This document shows, piece by piece, positions 1-15,000 of a DNA stretch of 64,000 nt. The DNA is taken from positions 1 through 64,000 of the forward strand of contig JAPDFW010000084.1 of the NCBI GenBank assembly GCA_028826165.1, in the 5' to 3' direction. This DNA comes from Anaeramoeba ignava BMAN (taxonomy: Eukaryota; Protista; Anaeramoebae). The notes beneath the pieces are model-generated. The model ran no database searches. It saw only the letters and a list, made by a program, of their open reading frames with translations, and was not told the origin of the DNA. Each line of letters begins with the position of its first letter. Positions within the stretch are counted from its first letter, which is position 1. Both the position numbers and the translations under genes were made by a program.

Positions 1-500
1 AATCAAAAATGAAAAATGAAAATGAAAAATGAAAAATGAAAATGAAAAAATGAAAAATGAAAAATCAAAATCAAAAATCAAAAATCAAATAAAATGAAAT
101 ATATAAAATGAAATGGAAAACCAAATGAAAATCAAAAATCAAAATCAAAGAAAAATGAAATGAAATGAAAAATGAAAAATGAAATGAAATGTGAAAATGA
201 AAATGAAAAATAGAACAAATCAAATCAAAATGAAATGAAAACTGTGTAAAAATCAAATGAAAATCAAAATCAAAATCAAAATGGGAATTCAAAACAGAAA
301 AATCAAAATGAAAATGAAAAATCAAATCAAATGAAAATGAGTCGAAAATGAAAATGAAAATGAAAATGAAAATGAAAATCAAAATCAAAATTAAAATCAA
401 ATGAAAATGAAAATCAAAAAAAATGAAATGAAAACTGAAAATGAAAATGAAAAATAAAAAAATCAAAATCAAAATCTTCAAAATGAAAATGAAAAGAAGA
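1..500. repeat. (AAAATC/AAAATG)n microsatellite, possibly an NQ/NE-coding part of the MTMR14-like gene
   Basis: Directly visible imperfect hexamer repeat. Confidence 0.85.
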
Positions 501-1840
501 TAAAGAAGATACATCAAATTTTCTTTTACACAAAAGATGGAGTTATGGGAGAAGTTAGAGATGCAGATATTGCTCTTTTAAAAACATTTAAAGTAGGATA
601 TATTATGGATTTAATGGTAGAAAAACGGAAGAAAAATATGGAGTTTATGTATGTTCATCAGAAAAAGCAGATTCTTTTGAAAGATATAAAGATTTTCATA
701 TAAATGAATGTCCATATCCAGGAGTTGAAATATTTTCAGAATTTTATAACAATAAATATTGTGGAAAAGATTTAAAATTTGATTGGTCATCACCAAGTAA
801 TACAGCCAAATTATCTATTGATAAAAACATTACTTGAACGTTTAAATTCAACAGAACTTAAAAATATTAATTATCAAGATTATCAAAAATGGGATATTAT
901 TGATATAACTTTAAATTATCTTAAATTGTTATTATTAATTGTTGCAAATCCTAATAATAAAGATGGAATTTTGATTCATTGTGTTTCAGGTTATGATAGA
1001 ACTCCTTTTTTTGTTGGATTATTAAGATGCTCATTTTGGGCTGATGGTCTTATTCATCAAAATTTAAATGTTGATGAATTTCTTTATTTGACAATTTCTT
1101 ATGATTGGTTATTGTTTCATCATTTGTTAAAACAAAGATTATCAGAACATTATGTTATTATATACTTTGCTTTTTCTATTCTTCAATTTATTAAATCAGA
1201 TGATTTTTCTTTAAAAAGATTTAAGAAATATTGGAAAGAAAATGATGAAAATAAAAATCAAAATCAAAATCAAAATCAAAATCAAAATCAAAATGAAAAT
1301 CAAAATCAAAATCAAAATCAAAATCAAAATCAAAATCAAAATCAAAATCAAAATGAAAATCAAAATCAAAATCAAAATCAAAATAAAAATGAAAATGAAA
1401 ATCAAAATCAAAATCAAAATCAAAATCAAAATCAAAATCAAAATCAAAATCAAAATCAAAATCAAAATCAAAATCAAAATCAAAATCAAAATCAAAATGA
1501 AAATCAAAATGAAAATAAAAATCAAAATCAAAATCAAATTCAAATTCAAAATGAAAATCAAAATCAAAATCAAAATCAAAATCAAAATCAAAATAAAAAT
1601 CAAAATGAAAATCAAAATCAAAATCAAATGGAAAATCAAAATCAAAATCAAAATCAAAATCAAAATCAAAATCAAAATCAAAATCAAAATCAAAATCAAA
1701 ATCAAAAAATCAAAATCAAAATCAAAAATCAAAATGAAACTTTAAAAACTCAAAGAGAAATTAAATTAGAAGCTTTATTTCAAAGATTTAAAGAAATTTA
1801 TAATGAAATTATTATTCCTTTATTAAAAATTAAAAATTAA
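490..1840 (+). CDS. Myotubularin-related protein 14-like phosphoinositide phosphatase (5' end not resolved; frameshift near 825)
   Basis: Catalytic CX5R motif HCVSGYDRT. An upstream frame (~560-820) reads DADIALLKTFKVGYIMDLMVEKRKKKYGVYVCSSEK...PYPGVEIF...LKFDWS, typical of MTMR14. It joins the 779..1840 ORF through a frameshift in the A-run at ~822-827. Long NQ repeat at 1245-1735. Confidence 0.8.
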
Positions 1841-1934
1841 AAATTTATTTTTATTGTTTATTTTCTTCTTCTAAAATTAATCTAAGAAAAGGAGAATCAG
1901 AAATATAACTTTGATGATGATAATGAATAACTTT

Positions 1935-4129
1935 TTATGTTTCATTTTTATTCTTAAAATTTTGAGGAAGTTCATTTAATTGAAGAAAATCTAAAAAATC
2001 AGATTCTGAATTAATAAAATTAAAAGAAGTTGAAGAATTAATAATTTGATTTGGCTTTTTATCATCTAAAAAATATTTAGTATGAGAATCTAAAGAATCA
2101 ATATCATCAATATATTTTTGAAACAGTTTGAACATAACTAGAAATTTGAGGATTATAATGATTTTTAGTAAACAGAATTCCCAAAGATTTGAAGAAAAAG
2201 CATTTGAATGTTCTGGTGATTTAATATTTGGATCATAAACACCTGAACTTAAATTTTCTGAATCTAATAATTGTTGAGTTTTTGGATATTGCATCATTAA
2301 ATCCTTCATCAAAATTAAAATTCCAAGAGAAACTCCTTCGTATTGATGTAAAAGTAACGATGCCAATCTTTTGATAAATCCTGCAATTCTTTCATTAGAT
2401 AATTCTTTCATTCCAAATAGTAATTTTTCAATACAATTAACAAGTAATAAGTTGATTTCTTTGTTGTAATTATAAATTGATAAATTTGGAACATATCCTT
2501 CTAATCTAACAAGACAATTATTTGAGTTGGAATATTCATAATTATCTTTGGATATTGGTAATAGATGTGTGATGAATGATTGAAACATTCTTGAATATAA
2601 TTTATCGTAAAAATCTTTGAAATCTGTTGAAATTATACTTTTTCCTTGTTTTGTAATTATTGCTATTGCTGTAAAAATGCAATGAATAGTCATTTTCAAA
2701 TTGATATTCTTGTATTTCACAGTTTCTTTTAATGTTGAAATTATATCTCCAAAAAAATTGAGATTGATTAAATGAGAAAATTTCGATAATCCTTCTAAAA
2801 CAAATGGCATCAATACACTATGTTTTGCTCTTTTTAAAACTCTGAAATATGTTATAAATATTGCATTAAGCATTTCTATTTGTAATCTTTGAGATCTTTC
2901 TTTTTCTTGGTTTTCTAATGTTTTTTTCAATTTTTTTTCAATTTTATCGTTTTCTATTTTCTTCAGTTTTTGTTTTTGAGTCATTCTTTGTTTCATTTTG
3001 CTTTTCTTTCTTTCAAGTTTTCTCTTTAATTTTTCACTTAGATTTCTTTGTTCTTCTTCTTCTTCCATTTTTTTCTGTTTAAGAATAACATCTGGATCAA
3101 TTGAAATGTGAAGAAATACTTGAACCAATTTAGGATTTGATTTATAATTTCTTTGTTTGATAATTTTGGCAATTTCTTTTATAATTACAAGTGAAATATC
3201 TCTTGATTTATCATGTTTAATAACTTCAATAATTGATCCAAAACATTCATTTGAAATATCTTCTCTTGAATCATCAATATAAGAAACTAATGATTTTGAA
3301 ATCTCATTATTAAAATTAAAATAAGGTTTTGCTTTCAATAAACTATTCAATGATTTCAATGAAATTAAAACAAGTTGATTTTCTTCTTTTTCTGATGTAA
3401 TTATTTCTCCATTAATTTTATAATCATTATTTTTTGTTTCTTCATTTGAAAAATAATCTTTCTTTCTTTTCTTTCTATTGATTCTTTTCTGTTCTTGTTT
3501 GAGAATATCAATCAAATATTGGATAAATTTATGATAATTTTGTAATAATTTCTCTTCAAATTTTCTTAATTGAAAAACTTCTTTTGATAATTTTTGATTT
3601 TTTTCTTGTTCAGAAAGTTCTCTAATTGTATAACCAGGAATAATATCTATATATATTGCTACTAATGAAATTATTGCATATTTTCTAATTGAATAAAATT
3701 TATCTTTGCAATATTTAAATATTTGATTTAATAATTCAACACTTTTTCTGGATCTTCAGTTATTATTGATGACATTTGAGCAATTAATTCTTTTTTTTTT
3801 CTTTCAAAATTTGAAATAATTTATATTCATTAATTTCTTCATTTTTATTTTTCATTTTCATCTTCATCATTTTCGTTTTCATTTCCATTTTCATTATCAT
3901 TTTCATTATAAACATTTTCATATTCATCTTTTTTATTTTTCAAATTTTTTTTTCTTTTTATTTTTTGATTAATTTCTTTTTCATTTTCATTTTCATTTTC
4001 AATTAAATTTCCTTTTCTATCTTTAAAAGGTAATTTTTTAATTTGTGTTTCTGGAATTTGAAATTGTTTTGTTTGAAAAGAACGTGGTTTTTTTTCCCAA
4101 ATTTCTTCTTGATCTGAATCTGAATTCAT
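1935..4129 (-). CDS. NOC3: Nucleolar complex protein 3 (NOC3/CBF domain); apparent frameshifts at ~3750-3950 and ~2165
   Basis: Motifs include KLPFKDRKG, DIIPGYTIRELSEQE (3600-3650), IFITYFRVLK, VLEGLSKFSHLINLNFFGD, ERIAGFIKRL, GVYDPNIKSPEHSNAFSSNLWE, and the shifted-frame HYNPQI. Confidence 0.88.
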
Positions 4130-4254
4130 TTATTATTTCTTTATTATTTTTATTTATTAATTCTAAAAAAAAAAATTTTTTTTAAATTTAAAATAAATTT
4201 ATTAAGAAAAAAAATGAAAAATTAAAAATGAAAAAATATTTTTTTTAAATAATT

Positions 4255-5612
4255 TTTATTAATAAATTTATTCCATTTTTTATTAATAAATTTATTATAT
4301 TTTTTATTAATAAATTTATTCCATTTTTTATTAATAAATTTATTCCACTTTTTTATTAATAAATTTATTCCACTTTTTTATTAATAAATTTATTCTATTT
4401 TTTATTAATAAATTTATTATATTTTTTATTAATAAATTTATTATATTTATTATTAATAAATTTATTATATTTTTATTAATATATTTATTATATTTTTATT
4501 AATAAATTTATTCCATTTTTATTAATAAATTTATTATATTTTTATTAATAAATTTATTCTATTTTTATTAATAAATTTATTCTATTTTTATTAATAAATT
4601 TATTCTATTTTATTATTAATAAATTTATTCCATTTTTATTAATATATTTATTATATTTATTATTAATAAATTTATTATATTTTTATTAATAAATTTATTC
4701 CATTTTTTATTAATAAATTTATTATATTTTTATTATTAATAAATTTATTATACTTTTTATTAATAAATTTATTCCATTTTTATTAATAAATTTATTCCAA
4801 TTTTTTTATTAATAAATTTATTATATTTTTATTAATAATAAATAGAATAAATTTATTAATAAATTTATTATATTTTTATTAATAAATTTATTATATTTTT
4901 ATTAATAAATTTATTCCACTTTTTATTAATAAATTTATTCCACTTTTTATTAATAAATTTATTCTATTTTTATTAATAAATTTATTATATTTTTATTAAT
5001 AAATTTATTCCACTTTTTATTAATAATTTTATTATATTTTTATTAATAAATTTATTATATTTTTATTAATAAATTTATTATATTTTTATTAATAAATTTA
5101 TTATATTTTTATTAATAAATTTATTATATTTTTATTAATATATTTATTATTATTTTTATTAATAAATTTATTATATTTTTATTAATAAATTTACTATATT
5201 TTTATTAATAAATTTATTCCACTTTTTTTATTAATAAATTTATTCCATTTTTATTAATAAATTTATTATATTTTTATTAATAAATTTATTCCACTTTTTA
5301 TTAATAAAATTTATTCCATTTTTATTAATAAATTTATTCCACTTTTTATTAATAAATTTATTATATTTTTATTAATAAATTTATTATATTTATTATTAAT
5401 AAATTTATTCCATTTTTTTTAATAAATTTATTCCACTTTTTTATTAATAAATTTATTATATTTTTTATTAATAAATTTATTATATTTTTTATTAATAAAT
5501 TTATTATATTTATTATTAATAAATTTATTTTATTTTTTATTAATAAATTTATTCCACTTTTTTATTAATAAATTTATTATATTTTTTATTAATAAATTTA
5601 TTATATTTTTTA
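4255..5612. repeat. ~21-22 bp palindromic AT minisatellite (TTTTATTAATAAATTTATT + ATAT/CCAC/CCAT/CTAT)
   Basis: Dozens of visible tandem units. Confidence 0.95.
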
Positions 5613-5703
5613 TTATTGCTCTTTTCCAATTTAAAATTATTAAAGAAAAAAAAGGAATTCAAAAAAATTTTTGCTTTCTTGATTTATTCTTATTTTCTGA
5701 TTT

Positions 5704-6942
5704 TTAAAGTTCTTTTTTTTGATTCTTATTTAAAGAAATAAACTTTCCTTCTCCTGAAATGATATGATCCAAAAAATTATAAACTTCTAATTCATCTTCT
5801 AATTTTCCTTCAAAAACAACCATTTTACTTTTTTTTGGATTGATAACAAATAATTCATGATTCTTTGATAAATCTGTAATATCTCCCAAATTTTCCATAA
5901 AATCATTAGAATTATCGATATCACTTTCAAGGAAATTAATATAAGAAAAGCTTTTAAATAATGGATCTTTTCTCAATTTAATCATCATTTGTTCAAAAAG
6001 TGAGATTTTTTCTTCTTCATTTTGGTTTTTGTTGAATTCGGATAAAGTTAAAATAACACAAAGACCTTTTTTTTGAAGGAAACAAATATCTTGATAATTT
6101 TGGTTTGTCATTTGATGTATAAAATTTTGATTTTTTTGATTTTCTTGTTGATTTTCTTGTTCATTTTCTTGTTCATTTTCATTTTCAAAATTTTCGAAAT
6201 TTTCTGAAGTTGAACTAACAAAAGAACTCAAATATTTTTTTAATTGTTTATATTCTGTTTTTCCTGAATAATAAGAAATTGGAGAACCATTTTTATCAAG
6301 AATAACGATTTTTGGAGAATTATCAACACCAAACATTTGCATTAAATATTTATGATCAGGATTATTTTGGAAAACAACACCGAAACCAAGATCCCCTCTA
6401 AAATCTCTTGATAAACCTTTAAACAAAGGGGGAACATCATTAAATTTACTTGAAGGAAATAAAACAACTTTTTTTCTGTCTTGAGTAGAAGAAATCCATT
6501 GATCAACATTTTGCAAATCAACAACATATGATTCAAGAAATGAAAGTGCGAAATTTTTCAGTGAGTTAAATTCTCTTTGTCCATTATAATCAATCACTTC
6601 TTTAACTCCTCCTTCTTTTGTATGTTTGAATAATTTAATTGTTGGAAATCCTTTTATTTGATATTTTTGATTTAAAACTTGATCTGAAGAATCAACATGT
6701 CCAAATATTATTAATCCTTTTAATGTAGATGCTGCTTTATTCCATTCAGGCATTAATTTTTGACAATGGGGACACCATTCTGCTGCAAATACTACAAATA
6801 CATCTTGATCATAATTTTTTAAAACGATTGAATCAAAATTTAAATAATTTAGTTCAATTACATCTTTTGTTTCTGTTTTTGTTTTTGTTTTTGTTATTAA
6901 AAAAAGAAATAATATTGTTGAATAAATTGTAATTTTCTTCAT
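5704..6942 (-). CDS. Protein disulfide isomerase family protein (PDIA6/P5-like, one active thioredoxin domain)
   Basis: N-terminal signal peptide, WCPHC active site, IKGFPTIKLF and DYNGQR motifs, and a C-terminal KKEL ER-retention-like signal. Intronless. Confidence 0.9.
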   Translation of the reverse strand: MKKITIYSTILFLFLITKTKTKTETKDVIELNYLNFDSIVLKNYDQDVFVVFAAEWCPHCQKLMPEWNKAASTLKGLIIFGHVDSSDQVLNQKYQIKGFPTIKLFKHTKEGGVKEVIDYNGQREFNSLKNFALSFLESYVVDLQNVDQWISSTQDRKKVVLFPSSKFNDVPPLFKGLSRDFRGDLGFGVVFQNNPDHKYLMQMFGVDNSPKIVILDKNGSPISYYSGKTEYKQLKKYLSSFVSSTSENFENFENENEQENEQENQQENQKNQNFIHQMTNQNYQDICFLQKKGLCVILTLSEFNKNQNEEEKISLFEQMMIKLRKDPLFKSFSYINFLESDIDNSNDFMENLGDITDLSKNHELFVINPKKSKMVVFEGKLEDELEVYNFLDHIISGEGKFISLNKNQKKEL

Positions 6943-7057
6943 TGATTGTGAAAAAAAATGAAAAATGAAAAAAATGAAAAAAAAAATATTTTTTTTGATT
7001 GAAAAAAATTAAAAAAATAAAAACGTCATTATAGAAATCTGTTTCATTTTTATTTAA

Positions 7058-8040
7058 TTTATTAATAAATTTATTATATTTTTTATTAATAAATTTATTC
7101 CACTTTTTATTAATAAATTTATTTCATTTTTTATTAATAAATTTATTCTATTTTTTTATTATTAATTTTATTCCACTTTTTTATTAATAAATTTATTCCA
7201 CTTTTTATTAATAAATTTATTATATTTTTTATTAATAAATTTATTATATTTTTTATTAATAAATTTATTATATTTTTATTAATAAATTTATTATATTTTT
7301 TATTAATAAATTTATTCCACTTTTTTATTAATAAATTTATTCCACTTTTTATTAATAAATTTATTATATTTTTTATTAATAAATTTATTCCATTTTTTAT
7401 TAATAAATTTATTCCACTTTTTATTAATAAATTTATTATATTTTTTATTAATAAATTTATTATATTTTTTATTAATAAATTTATTCCATTTTTATTAATA
7501 AATTTATTCCACTTTTTAATAATAAATTTATTCCATTTTTTATTAATAATTTTATTCCACTTTTTATTAATAAATTTATTATATTTTTTATTAATAAATT
7601 TATTATATTTTTATTAATAAATTTATTATATTTTTATTAATAAATTTATTATATTTTTTATTAATAAATTTATTATATTTTTATTATTAATAAATTTATT
7701 ATATTTTTTATTAATAAATTTATTATATTTTTTATTAATAAATTTATTCCACTTTTTATTAATAAATTTATTATATTTTTATTAATAAATTTATTCCACT
7801 TTTTTATTAATAAATTTATTATATTTTTATTAATAAATTTATTATATTTTTTATTAATAAATTTATTATATTTTTATTAATAAATTTATTATATTTTTTA
7901 TTAATAAATTTATTATATTTTTTATTAATAAATTTATTATATTTTTTATTAATAAATTTATTATATTTTTTATTAATAAATTTATTCCACTTTTTATTAA
8001 TAAATTTATTATATTTTTTATTAATAAATTTATTATATTT
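7058..8040. repeat. Second array of the same 21-22 bp minisatellite as 4255-5612
   Basis: Same unit and same orientation. Confidence 0.95.
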
Positions 8041-8082
8041 TTCATTATTAAATTTAAATTGTGTTTTGTTTTTCTTTTTATT

Positions 8083-11000
8083 TTAGTTTTTTTTGTTTAA
8101 AATTAAAAGTTGATATCGATTCCCAACTTGATTTTCTGATAAATTCATAACTTCATGAAATTGGAAATTGAAAAAATGTTTTTGTTTGGTTTTCTCATTT
8201 TCATTTTCATTTTGATTTTGATTTTGATTTGAAAATAATTTGATAAATGAAAAAATTAATGTTCCAATTACTTCACAAATAGTACTAAATTGAAAATCAT
8301 ATTGACCAAATATTTCATTTAATTTTTGTTTAAATTCGTTTTTAGAAATTTCTTTTTTTAATCTTTTTGAAATTAAAGCAAGAAAAAATTCAAAAGAATA
8401 AGCTTTTTCATTTTGATTTGAAATGACTGATTTCAAATATTCATGTTGAAGTAAATCAATTGGAATTGTTGAATTAATATCATATTTTGGTGTTCCTAAT
8501 TCTTTTTTTTGAGAAATGATCTTTTTGCTTTTTGAAGAATTGAATAAAATATTTGATAAACACGGAAGAAATAATATAAATATTTGTTTCCTTTCATTTG
8601 TGAAATAACTTTGATTTTTGATTGAATTGAAGTTGGAAATGAAATTCCTAAAACATAATTAAGATCTTCTTCATTTTCATCTTTTTGATTTTTGGAATTT
8701 TTCAAATCAATAATTTTTGTTAATTCTGATTTTGTATTGAAAAAATTTTTAATAAATTCATTAACTTTTTCATTTAGAAAACTGGAAATGTTATTAATAT
8801 CAAATTCTTTATCAATTTTTTTCATTAAATTTGTAACTGATGAAAAATATTTTTCATTATTTATTTCAAAGTTCTTTAAATTTGAAATATTTTCTATTCC
8901 AATTTGAGTAATTTTGGATATTGCATTAAAAATAATTGAATCATTAAAATCAAATACTAAATATTTGATATTTCTTTTTTTAAAGTGAATCTTTTTTTCT
9001 TTTCTTTCTTGATTAAATAATTCACCATTTCCTAAAATTTTTAAATTTTCATTTTCATTTGAATTTTGATTTGAATTTTCATTTGAATTTGAATTTTCAT
9101 TTGAATTTGAATTTTCATTTGAATTTTCATTTGAATTTGAATTTTCATTTTGATTTTGATTTTGATTTTGATTTTGATTTTGATTTTGATTTTGATTTTG
9201 ATTTTCATTTTGATTTTGATTTTGATTTTGATTTTGATTTTGATTTTCATTTTGATTTTCATTTTCATTTTGATTTTGATTTTCATTTGAATCTTCAGAT
9301 GAAAATGTATCTTCAGAATTTAATGAAGAATCTTCAGTTTCACTTGTTGAAAGTTCATCACTAGATTCAATATTCATATTATCTGATTCTTCAATTTGAT
9401 TTTTTCTAATTTCAATTTCTTTTAATAAATCTATTTATTTTATTTTTTGTAATAAATTAAAAGAATTAATAATTTAAAAATGATTTGCTTATTTTTAAAA
9501 TTAAAATTATCTAAAAAAAATAAGACAATTTACTTTTCTCATTTAATTTCCTTTTTTGTTGTGATTGAAATTTTATAATTTGATTTTCTCTTGATTTTTG
9601 AGCATATTTTTTTGTAAGATTACCAAAATGATTATTCATTTCTTTTTTCTTTAATTGCAAATATTGATATTTTTCTGTTGCAGTATTTAAAATAACTTTA
9701 ATTCCTCCTTTTGGGAATTTATTAAATAAAGATAAAAATCCATTATAATTTTTTTGATAAAGCAATTTAATAACTTTTAAATGAACATGATCTTTTAAGA
9801 AATCTATTTATTTAATAAAATAATTGAAATGAGATCTTGATTTATTTATTTCTTATTATTTGATTACTTTTTGCAAATTCTTCAATTTTTTCTTGTGAAA
9901 TTGTATCAATTTTTAATGATATTTCTGTTAAACTTTTTAATATTTTTGATAAACTTTCAAGTGACATATCAACTTCAAATCTTTTTTCTTCAAATTTTTG
10001 CATTTCTTGTTCAAATTGATCATCTTCCAAATCATGTTCTGCATTTGTTTCTTCTTTTCCAATAGCAGTTGAAACCCATTTATTATTTAAAATGGATTTT
10101 TCAAGTTTTCCTCTTGCTTGACATTTTATTTTATGATACTAAATAAAATTTATTTTAAATTTTGAAAATTAAAATGAATTAAATTAAATTTTGAATTAAA
10201 ATATTAACTTGAGAAGGTAATGCTCGATAAGAAGGTCCACATTTTTTTAATTTTTTGAAATTAAGTTGTTGCACTGGAGCTAATTTTTCAATTTCAGTAA
10301 CTGTTGAATCATCAAATAATATCAATTTCTCAAATTCAGTAAAAATATCTTTATCAAATAAAGGTTTTACAAGCAAAAGAAGTTGTTTCTTTGTTAAAAA
10401 TCCTTGATTAAATGAATTTATGCACTTCAAAAAATCATTATAATAATTAGGTTTTAATAATTGATTGATTTTCTTGAAGAAATGTTGATGTTTCATTTGA
10501 GATGAAATTTGAGGATTTTGTTCATTTTTTTGAATATTATTTGAATCATTTTGTGATTCTCCTTTTTCAACATGAATATTTGATTTATTCAACATTTCTT
10601 GTCTTTTTCTTTGAATTTGTAATAATGAAAAGTGTATTAATTGCTGTTCATATTTATTATTTGGAGGAATCATTTCTAAAAATTCTTGAATTAAATCTAA
10701 GTTATATGGGAAAATATTTTGGATTTCAATTATAATTTCTTGCAAATTAATTTGTTTTGAAAGTATTTTGTCTAAAATGATTTTAAATTGTAAAAATTCA
10801 TTTGAATTTGGTTGATATTTTTTTTCCACTTTTTGAATAAAATCAATTGATCTATTGAAATAATATGCTTGAACATCTAAATCACTAAATGGATTAGGTC
10901 TTTTTTTCTGTTGTTGTTTTTGTATTCTTCTTTGTGAAAAAAAGAAGTGATAAAATCTTGAAAGATCAAAATTATTTTGGAAAGTATAATCAATTTTTTG

Positions 11001-11269
11001 ACTAATTTCATCATAAGTTAATTCATTTTTTTCATATTTTTCAATTGAATTTATTAAATCTTCTGGAATATTAACATTTTGATTTTGTGCTTCTTTAAGA
11101 AATAATCGAATTTGATTTAAATCAAGTATTTTGTTTGTTGTTTCTTTTTTTCTCGTTTCTTCTTGATTATTACTATTTTAAATGAATAAAAAATTTGAAT
11201 AAAAAATTTGATCAATTTTTTTTTAACTATTAAACTTACTTTTGTTCTGATTTAAGAATTTTTTGTTCA

Positions 11270-11342
<73 letters not shown>

Positions 11343-11472
11343 GATTTTGATCTTCTTGATTTTGTTTTTGTTGAAATGTATTTATTAACGAATTAGAAAA
11401 ATAAGGAACTTCATTTCTAGATAAATTTGAATTACTATTTTTATTATTATTTTCATTTGCTAAGTTTTGCAT
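8083..11472 (-). CDS. SIN3: Sin3-like co-repressor (PAH domains + HDAC-interaction domain), multi-exon
   Basis: PAH-like segments (FLQFKIILD...DLIQEFLEMIP; YNDFLKCINSFNQG...LVKPLF). HID motifs CGPSYRALP, KCQARGKLEKSILNNKWVS and QFEQEMQKFEEKRFEVDMSLE. GT-AG introns at ~11175-11240, ~10140-10210, ~9805 and ~9432-9535. Confidence 0.8.
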
Positions 11473-12019
11473 TTTGTTTTTGTTTTTGTTTTTTTTTTTT
11501 TATAATTTGTTTATTTTAAATTATTTAAAAAAAAAAATGAAAAAAATTTTTTCTGTTTAAAAAAAATTATTTAACAAAAAAAAATTTTTTTTTTAAACAC
11601 AGAAATTAATGTTTTGAATTATTGGAAATTTCGGGAAAGGTGTTTTTTTAATTTTTTTTAAAATTTTAGAATTAAATTATTGTTATTTCTTTTTTAGTTT
11701 CTTTTATTTTTTTTATTCTTTTTTTGTTACTTCAAAATTATTAAAGAAGGCAATTTTTTTTTGAAATTGCAAAGAAATTAAAAGAAAAAAAATGAAAATT
11801 TAATTTAATTTTTGTTTTTTATTGTTTTTTTTTTTGTTAAATTTAAAAAAAGCAAAAAGCAAAAAGCAATTAAAAAGAATTGAATTGAATTGAATTGAAT
11901 TGAATTGAATTAATCCCCTAATATTTCTTAATAATAAATTATCTTTTTATTTGATCAAAACAATAAAAATAAATTAAATCTTCAATTCTTTATTTAAAAT
12001 AATGTAAAAGTTTAATTTG

Positions 12020-15000
12020 AAGAAAGAAAGATTAATTTAATAAATAAAAGATTAATAATTTATTATTAAATAAATAAAAGATTAATAATTTATTATTAAT
12101 AAATAAATGAAAGATTAATAATTTATTAATAAATAAATGAAAGATTAATAATTTATTATTAATAAATAAATGAAAGATTAATAAATAAATAAATGAAAGA
12201 TTAATAATTTATTATTATTAAATAAATAAAAGATTAATAATTTATTATTAAATAAATAAATAAAAAGAATAATAATTTATTATTAATAAATAAATGAAAG
12301 ATTAATAATTTATTATTAATAAATAAATAAATGAAAGATTAATAATTTATTATTATTAAATAAATAAAAGATTAATAATTTATTATTAATAAATAAATGA
12401 AAGATTAATAATTTATTAATAAATAAATAAATGAAAGATTAATAATTTATTAATAAATAAATAAATAAAAAGATTAATAATTTATTATTAAATAAATAAA
12501 TAAATGATTAATAATTTATTATTAATAAATAAATAAATAAATGATTAATAATTTATTATTAATAAATAAATAAATGAAAGATTAATAATTTATTATTAAT
12601 TAATAAATAAAAGATTAATAATTTATAAATAAATAAATAAATAAATAAAAGATTAATAATTTATTAATAATAAATAAATGAAAGATTAATAATTTATTAA
12701 TAAATAAATAAATAAAAGATTAATAATTTATTATTAAATAAATAAATAAAAGATTAATAATTTATTAATAAATAAATAAATAAAAGATTAATAATTTATT
12801 ATTAATAAATAAATAAATGAAAGATTAATAATTTATTATTAATAAATAAATAAATGATTAATAATTTATTATTAATTAATAAATAAAAGATTAATAATTT
12901 ATAAATAAATAAATAAATAAATGAAAGATTAATAAATAAATGAAAGATTAATAATTTATTATTAATAAATAAATAAAAAGATTAATAATTTATTATTAAA
13001 TAAATAAATAAAAGATTAATAATTTATTAAATAAATAAATAAAAGATTAATAATTTATTATTAAATAAATAAAAGATTAATAATTTATTATTAATAAATA
13101 AATAAATAAAAGATTAATAATTTATTATTATTAAAATAAATAAAAATTAATTTATTAATAAATAAATAAATGAAAAGATTAATAATTTATTTTTAATAAA
13201 TGAAAGATTAATAATTTATTATTAATAAATAAATAAAAGATTAATAATTTTTATTAATAAATAAATAAAAAGATTAATAATTTATTATTAATAAATAAAT
13301 AAAAGATTAAATTATTAATAAATAAATGAAAGATTAATAATTTTTATTAATAAATAAATGAAAGATTAATAATTTATTATTAAATAAATAAATAAAAGAT
13401 TAATAATTTATTAAATAAATAAATAAAAGATTAATAATTTATTAATAAATAAATAAAGATTAATAATTTTTATTAATAAATAAATAAATGAAAGATTAAT
13501 AATTTATTATTAATAAATAAAAGATTAATAATTAATAAATAAATAAAAATAAAAGATTAATAATTTATTATTAAATAAATAAATAAAAGATTAATAATTT
13601 ATTATTAATAAATAAATAAATAAAAGATTAATAATTTATTATTAATAAATAAATGAAAGATTAATAATTTATTAAATAAATAAATGAAAGATTAATAATT
13701 TGAAATAAAATGAATAAAAGATTAATAATTTATTATTAAATAAATAAATGAAAGATTAATAATTTATTATTAAATAAATAAATGAAAATGGATTAATAAT
13801 TTATTATTAAATAAATAAAAGATTAATAATTTATTATTAATAAATAAATAAAAAGATTAATAATTTATTAATAAATAAATAAATGAAAGATTAATAATTT
13901 ATTAATAATAAATAAATGAAAGATTAATAATTTATTATTAATAAATAAAAAGATTAATAATTTATTATTAAATAAATAAATAAATGATTAATAATTTATT
14001 ATTAATAAATAAATAAATGATTAATAATTTATTATTATTAAATAAATGAAAGATTAATAATTTATTAATAAATAAATAAATGAAAGATTAATTTATATTA
14101 TTTAATAAATAAATAAAAGATTAATAATTTATTATTAATAAATAAATAAATAAATAAAGATTAATAATAAATAAATAAAAGATTAATAATTTATTATTAA
14201 ATAAATAAATGATTAATAATTTATTATTAAATAAATAAATAAAAGATTAATAAATAAATAAATAAAAGATTAATAATTTATAATTAAATAAATGAAAGAT
14301 TAATAATTTATTATTATTAAATAAATAAAAGATTAAAATTTATTATTATTAAATAAAAAGATTAATAATTTATTATTAAATAAATAAATGAAAGATTAAT
14401 AAATAAATAAATGAAAGATTATTAAATAAATAAATAAAAGATTAATAATTTATTATTAAATAAATAAATGAAAGATTAATAATTTATTATTAATAAATAA
14501 ATGAAAGATTAATAATTTATTATTAAATAAATAAAAGATTAATAATTTATTATTAATAAATAAATAAAAGATTAATAATTTATTAAATAAATAAAATAAT
14601 TAATAATTTATTAATTAAATAAATAAATAAAAGATTAATAATTTATTATTATTAAATAAATAAAAAGATTAAAATAAATAAATAAAAGATTAATAATTTA
14701 TTAAATAAATAAATAAAGATTAATAATTTATTAAATAAATAAATAAAAGATTAATAATTTATTATTAAATAAATAAATGAAAGATTAATAATTTATTATT
14801 AAATAAATAAATAAAAGATTAATAATTTATAAATTATTAAATAAATGAAAGATTAATAATTTATTATTAATAAATAAAGATTAATAAATTAATAAATAAA
14901 AGATTAATAATTTATTATTAATAAATAAATGAAAGATTAATAATTTATTATTAATAAATAAATAAAAGATTAATAATTTATTATTAAATAAATAAATAAA

